From Candidatus Saganbacteria bacterium (GTDB lineage Bacteria > Margulisbacteria > WOR-1 > JAKLHX01): DNA of 32,000 nucleotides. Below, in pieces: positions 28,581 to 32,000 of the stretch; position 1 is the first letter of the stretch, and each line of letters starts with the position of its first letter. The stretch covers positions 206,379 through 238,378 of the forward strand of contig JAPLKZ010000010.1 of NCBI GenBank assembly GCA_026387835.1. The letters are read 5' to 3'. The position numbers and the translations under genes were made by a program. The notes beneath the pieces are model-generated. The model saw only the letters and a list, made by a program, of their open reading frames with translations, was not told the origin of the DNA and ran no database searches.

Positions 28581-30434
28581 TTAGATCCGCACCCCTAATC
28601 GTATTGTCCTGCCGGGCATCGGATAGCCTCTCTCCTTCCAGTCCACGGGGCTTGTGCCCACAGACTCAAAATATGTGGTATTAAAGACATTGCTGACATT
28701 AAGGGATACTTCTGCAGCCCATATCTTTTCCATAATCCCGACATCCACAACCTGGTATGGGTTTAAAGCGCTTGTATTAAGAGTATCAGTGAACACGCTT
28801 GAGACATACCTGTAATTAGCGGAGTAATAAAGCTCCCCGCCTTTTATTGAAAAGCCCAGATTTATCCTCTGTCTCGGACTGTATGTCAGTATATTGGAAG
28901 TCACATCGTTAATATCAAGCTCATTGACATAACTGCCGAAAATAAATGTATTGTCTGTGATTTCCTTTTCCATGTCCAGCTGCCAGCCCTCTATCTTTGC
29001 CCTGTCAATATTCACCGGAGACCAGCTGAAAAGCCCTGTCTGCGACCATCTGATCATATCCGATATTTTTGTGGAATAGTAATTGAGCTTGGCCGAAAAA
29101 CCTTTTATTTCTTTTTCTATTCCGATATTGACCGCCCTTGACGTCTCCGGTTTTAAATTTGGATTTCCGAATGTAAAGAAAGACGGATCGTTCCAGTAAA
29201 GCTCGTTTATCGTCGGGGCGCGGAACGCCTGGCCGATCGTTGTCCTTACTACCGTCCCCGCCCCGAGGTTTGCCATGACGCTGAGCTTTGGGTTGAATGT
29301 CTGGCCGAACGAAGAGTTTGAATCATATCTTGCCGAGATCCCCAGGCTCGCCGGGAGGTCTTCTCCGATATCCGCGTTAAAATACGCGGCGGCATTATCT
29401 ATGGCATGGGTATCTGCGAGGGCGCTTTCCCCGTAATTCCTTTTCATCTCTACCCCTGCGGTCACGGAAGAATGCCGGCTTGTTTTTATTACCGATAAAA
29501 GCTCTGCCTGGGTGACCCGGCTGAAATACCTGTCATCATAAAAAAGTCCGCTGACAAACCAGTCTTCATAATGCACTCTTTCGTCCGATTCGCTCTGCGA
29601 CAGGATGAGCTTCGGCACAAAGGGTCCTTTTTTGACAGGATCAAATGTGATGTTCACGGTAGATGTCAGGTCGCTCTGCCTGTCATTCGGGGTAGAAGAT
29701 GATGTCGGATCGGTATCGGATGTCGGGACCCCGGGATTGCCTCTGTCCGATGTTTTTGTCGTGTATTTAATATCTAACGCATCCGCTATGTTGATGTTGA
29801 CTAAAAGGTCCTGTCCTTTATAGTCGCTGTTAGTCCTGAAACCGTCGGTCTTTAAATATCCTAAAGACGCATATCCTGTCGCTTTCCCCATCTTTCCTGA
29901 AAAAGAAATTCTGGAATCAAGTTCGCCAAAGCTTCCTCCGGCAATAGAAACTGAAACAGGGTTTTTCTCTTCCTTCTTTGTGATTATGTTTATCACGCCG
30001 CCCATCGCATCAGACCCGTAGATGGATGAGATCGGCTCCGCGACTACCTCGATCCTGTCTATGTACGAGGCCGGAATATCGTTCAGGTCGGTCATGCCGA
30101 GAAGCGAGGAATTCAACCTGACGCCGTCAAGAAGCACTAGGATCTGTTCCGACGAAGCGCTTTTCAGTTTGATCGTGGATACTCCTCCCAGGCCTCCGTT
30201 GTTCTTTACATATACTATGCTGGACCTTTTGAGCGCGTCGGAAACTGTAAGCGAGCCCGAGGCTTCGATCTCCCTTGAAGAGATGACCGTCACATTCTCG
30301 AACGTCCTGCTCAAAAGAAGAGGCCTTTTCTGAGCGGTCACAACGACCTTGTCTCCGTAAAATACAGGGGCATCGGCTGCGAGGACCGGGGCAAAAAACA
30401 GAGGCAGGAACAATAAGCAGATCGCCTTTTTCAT
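28581..30434 (-). CDS. btuB: TonB-dependent outer-membrane receptor, BtuB-like (corrinoid transport inferred from the upstream riboswitch)
   Basis: Signal peptide, the TonB box 'DKVVVTA', a plug domain ('IEVV..P.S..YGS.A.GGVINI') and a roughly 600-aa beta-barrel-sized body. A cobalamin riboswitch lies in the 5' leader. Confidence 0.85.
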   Translation of the reverse strand: MKKAICLLFLPLFFAPVLAADAPVFYGDKVVVTAQKRPLLLSRTFENVTVISSREIEASGSLTVSDALKRSSIVYVKNNGGLGGVSTIKLKSASSEQILVLLDGVRLNSSLLGMTDLNDIPASYIDRIEVVAEPISSIYGSDAMGGVINIITKKEEKNPVSVSIAGGSFGELDSRISFSGKMGKATGYASLGYLKTDGFRTNSDYKGQDLLVNINIADALDIKYTTKTSDRGNPGVPTSDTDPTSSSTPNDRQSDLTSTVNITFDPVKKGPFVPKLILSQSESDERVHYEDWFVSGLFYDDRYFSRVTQAELLSVIKTSRHSSVTAGVEMKRNYGESALADTHAIDNAAAYFNADIGEDLPASLGISARYDSNSSFGQTFNPKLSVMANLGAGTVVRTTIGQAFRAPTINELYWNDPSFFTFGNPNLKPETSRAVNIGIEKEIKGFSAKLNYYSTKISDMIRWSQTGLFSWSPVNIDRAKIEGWQLDMEKEITDNTFIFGSYVNELDINDVTSNILTYSPRQRINLGFSIKGGELYYSANYRYVSSVFTDTLNTSALNPYQVVDVGIMEKIWAAEVSLNVSNVFNTTYFESVGTSPVDWKERGYPMPGRTIRLGVRI

Positions 30435-30481
30435 CTTACACTCCTTTTTCCCATTCCGCGAGGATGGGAGTGCTAATACTA

Positions 30482-30627
30482 TACAGGCAAGGTCTTCTGA
30501 CTTACGGATCGTCCTCCCCTGCTCCTTCCCGTCCTGGACTTTTCGATGGACAGTGGTATCAGCAGGTTCGTCCCCGTATACAGCGCCGGGAGCGTTCGTG
30601 ATTCAAACACGATTCCCTTTTCCTGTA
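30482..30627 (-). promoter_or_regulatory. Cobalamin (B12) riboswitch aptamer; the leader and expression platform continue to the ATG at 30434
   Basis: The minus strand reads UACAGG-AAAAGGGAAUCGUGUUUGAAUCACGAACGCUCCCGGCGCUGUAUACGGGGA...AUACCACUGUCC...GGGAAGGAGC...GUAAGUCAGAAGACCUUGCC-UGUA. The P1 stem UACAGG/CCUGUA is present. So are a B12-box-like AGUCAGAAGACCUUGCC and the GGGAA, CCCG..CUGU, CCACUG and GGGAAGG core blocks. Confidence 0.85.
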
Positions 30628-30636
30628 CGCAAAAAG

Positions 30637-30667
30637 ATTGTAGCACGGGAGGCTCAAATGATGTCAA
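30637..30667 (-). promoter_or_regulatory. Putative promoter of the riboswitch-btuB-tonB unit (TTGACA, 19-nt spacer, TGCTACAAT extended -10)
   Basis: On the minus strand TTGACA lies at 30667-30662, overlapping the rsmI stop, and TGnTACAAT at 30645-30637. The 19-nt spacer is longer than optimal. Confidence 0.4.
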
Positions 30668-31338
30668 GAGGTTGCACCTGCTATCACGATCGTAATTTCT
30701 CCGAGTATTTCTTTGCTTGAAAAATGCTCCGTTGCCTCTTCAACCGTTCCCCTGAATATTTCCTCAAATTTTTTGGTAAGTTCTCTGGCAATGCAGATAT
30801 TTCTGTCCCCCAAAATATCCTTGATGTCTTTAAGTGTTTTCAAAAGCCTGTGCGGGGATTCGTAAATAATTACCGTTCTTTCTTCATCGACCAGTTTTCG
30901 TAATATTCTTCTCCTGCCTTTTCCCTCGCTCGGGAGGAACCCTTCAAAAACGAACCTTTTTGTGCTCAGCCCTGACCCAGCCAGCGCGTTGATGATAGCG
31001 GACGGGCCCGGGATGACAACGACCTGGATATTGTTATCTATAGCTTCCTTTATAAGCTCTTCTCCTGGGTCGGATATCCCGGGCATGCCCGCATCGCTGA
31101 CCAGTGCAACATTCTTCCCGTCAAGAAGCTGGCCGATCAAATATTTGGATTTTTCTTTTATGTTGAACTTGTGATATGAGGTCGTCTTTGTCCTGATCTC
31201 AAAATGTTCAAGGAGCTTTTTTGTCTGTCTTGTGTCCTCCGCCGCGATCAGGTCTGCTTCTTTGAGCGTCCTTATCAGGCGGAGTGATGAGTCCTCAAGG
31301 TTGCCGATAGGAGTGGCGCAGACAAAGAGCGATGCCAT
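30664..31338 (-). CDS. rsmI: 16S rRNA (cytidine1402-2'-O)-methyltransferase
   Basis: 'LFVCATPIGNLEDSSLRLIRTLKEADLIAAEDTR', 'SDAGMPGISDPG' and 'PGPSA' tetrapyrrole-methylase-fold motifs typical of RsmI. Confidence 0.9.
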   Translation of the reverse strand: MASLFVCATPIGNLEDSSLRLIRTLKEADLIAAEDTRQTKKLLEHFEIRTKTTSYHKFNIKEKSKYLIGQLLDGKNVALVSDAGMPGISDPGEELIKEAIDNNIQVVVIPGPSAIINALAGSGLSTKRFVFEGFLPSEGKGRRRILRKLVDEERTVIIYESPHRLLKTLKDIKDILGDRNICIARELTKKFEEIFRGTVEEATEHFSSKEILGEITIVIAGATS

Positions 31339-31341
31339 TTT

Positions 31342-31767
31342 TTAAAGGCCTATGATCTCTTTGACCTTATCCGAGAACGTGTCTTCCTTTATTTCTTCGC
31401 CGGCAAATTCTTTCACTTCTCCCATCGTCACTTTACCCCTGTACGAAGCGCCCTCGTCGACCGAGAGCCGGTTGCCGGATATATCCCCGAATATTTTGCC
31501 GTTCTTTTTTATCTCGACGCTTTCCTTGGAAGCGACATTGCCTTTTACCTGGCCTGCCACTATTACGTTCTTTCCTTCGACGTTCCCATGGACGGTCCCC
31601 TTCGCCGAAATATAGACCTCGGCGGCACTATTCACATTTCCTTCCAGCGTCCCGTCCAGCCTGAACGAGCCGGTAGTCTTGATCTCGCCTTTTACTGTTG
31701 TGTCTTCCCCGATTATCGAACCTATCATCCCTTGTCCTGCTCCCTGCTTTGCGTCAAACATGCCCAT
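31342..31767 (-). CDS. Bactofilin (DUF583 polymer-forming cytoskeletal protein)
   Basis: Repetitive beta-helix pattern 'G.I...G.....G...G.V.....V.I...G.V.G.V....V.V.G.V.G.V' and a length of 141 aa. Confidence 0.85.
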   Translation of the reverse strand: MGMFDAKQGAGQGMIGSIIGEDTTVKGEIKTTGSFRLDGTLEGNVNSAAEVYISAKGTVHGNVEGKNVIVAGQVKGNVASKESVEIKKNGKIFGDISGNRLSVDEGASYRGKVTMGEVKEFAGEEIKEDTFSDKVKEIIGL

Positions 31768-31770
31768 TTT

Positions 31771-32000
31771 TCACCTTCCAATATTCGCGTTTATAATGCT
31801 TAAGTTAAGATATGCTATGGGGTTAATTTTAGCACCGTTCCTTATTACTTCATAGTGCAGATGCGGACCGGTGGCAGATCCCGTCATCCCGACATATGCG
31901 ATCTTCTGGCCTTTTTTTACCTTTTGCCCGTCTGTAACTATAAAAGATGACAGGTGCCCGTATAAAGTCTCGATCCCGAAATGGTGATCTATCACAACGG
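31771..32000 (-). CDS. M23-family metallopeptidase, C-terminal fragment; 5' end lies outside the window
   Basis: 'IDHHFGIETLYGHLS...V..GQKV.KGQKIAYVGMTGSATGPHLHYEV' contains the HxxxD-region and HLH zinc motifs of LytM/M23. The frame is open to the window edge. Confidence 0.85.
   Translation of the reverse strand, partial: VVIDHHFGIETLYGHLSSFIVTDGQKVKKGQKIAYVGMTGSATGPHLHYEVIRNGAKINPIAYLNLSIINANIGR

Overview
The window is a gene-dense stretch with mid-range GC by eye. Every ORF is intact under the standard code. It most likely comes from an uncultivated diderm bacterium, because it carries a TonB-dependent receptor plus TonB, a GT9 heptosyltransferase-like gene and type II secretion-like pseudopilins. 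I saw no rRNA, tRNA, CRISPR array, transposase or integrase. All protein calls come from motif recognition in the supplied translations; no database search was possible.

Gene order:
- Plus strand: apgM (3' fragment), tyrA, aroA, then a lone opposite-strand 466-aa ORFan, then mutL, a DUF374 acyltransferase, topA and panC. A GC-rich multi-hairpin element follows, then four pseudopilin genes in GspH/I/J/K-like order.
- Minus strand, one long tightly packed run: secD, secF, ftsK, a BtuFCD/Fec-type ABC importer, a GT9 glycosyltransferase and a YchF-like protein with a degenerate P-loop.
- Plus strand: a sugar-phosphate isomerase and PfkB kinase pair.
- Minus strand: tgt, endonuclease Q and a small Cys-rich protein.
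- An islet with a short FGE/SUMF1-like gene and vapBC.
- Minus strand: M23 peptidase (fragment), bactofilin, rsmI, a cobalamin riboswitch, a BtuB-like receptor, tonB and queA.

I found no complete, clearly novel multi-gene system. The items most worth follow-up:
- the AT-richer orphan gene between aroA and mutL
- the two insertions that break the conserved queA-tgt-secDF arrangement (FGE-like plus VapBC, and EndoQ, Cys-rich protein, kinase and isomerase)
- the unannotated cobalamin riboswitch, and the placement of B12 uptake next to queuosine genes
- the cloverleaf-like GC-rich element upstream of the pilin operon
- the predicted NTPase-dead YchF paralog
- two small heptamer repeat arrays and a Fur-box-like palindrome
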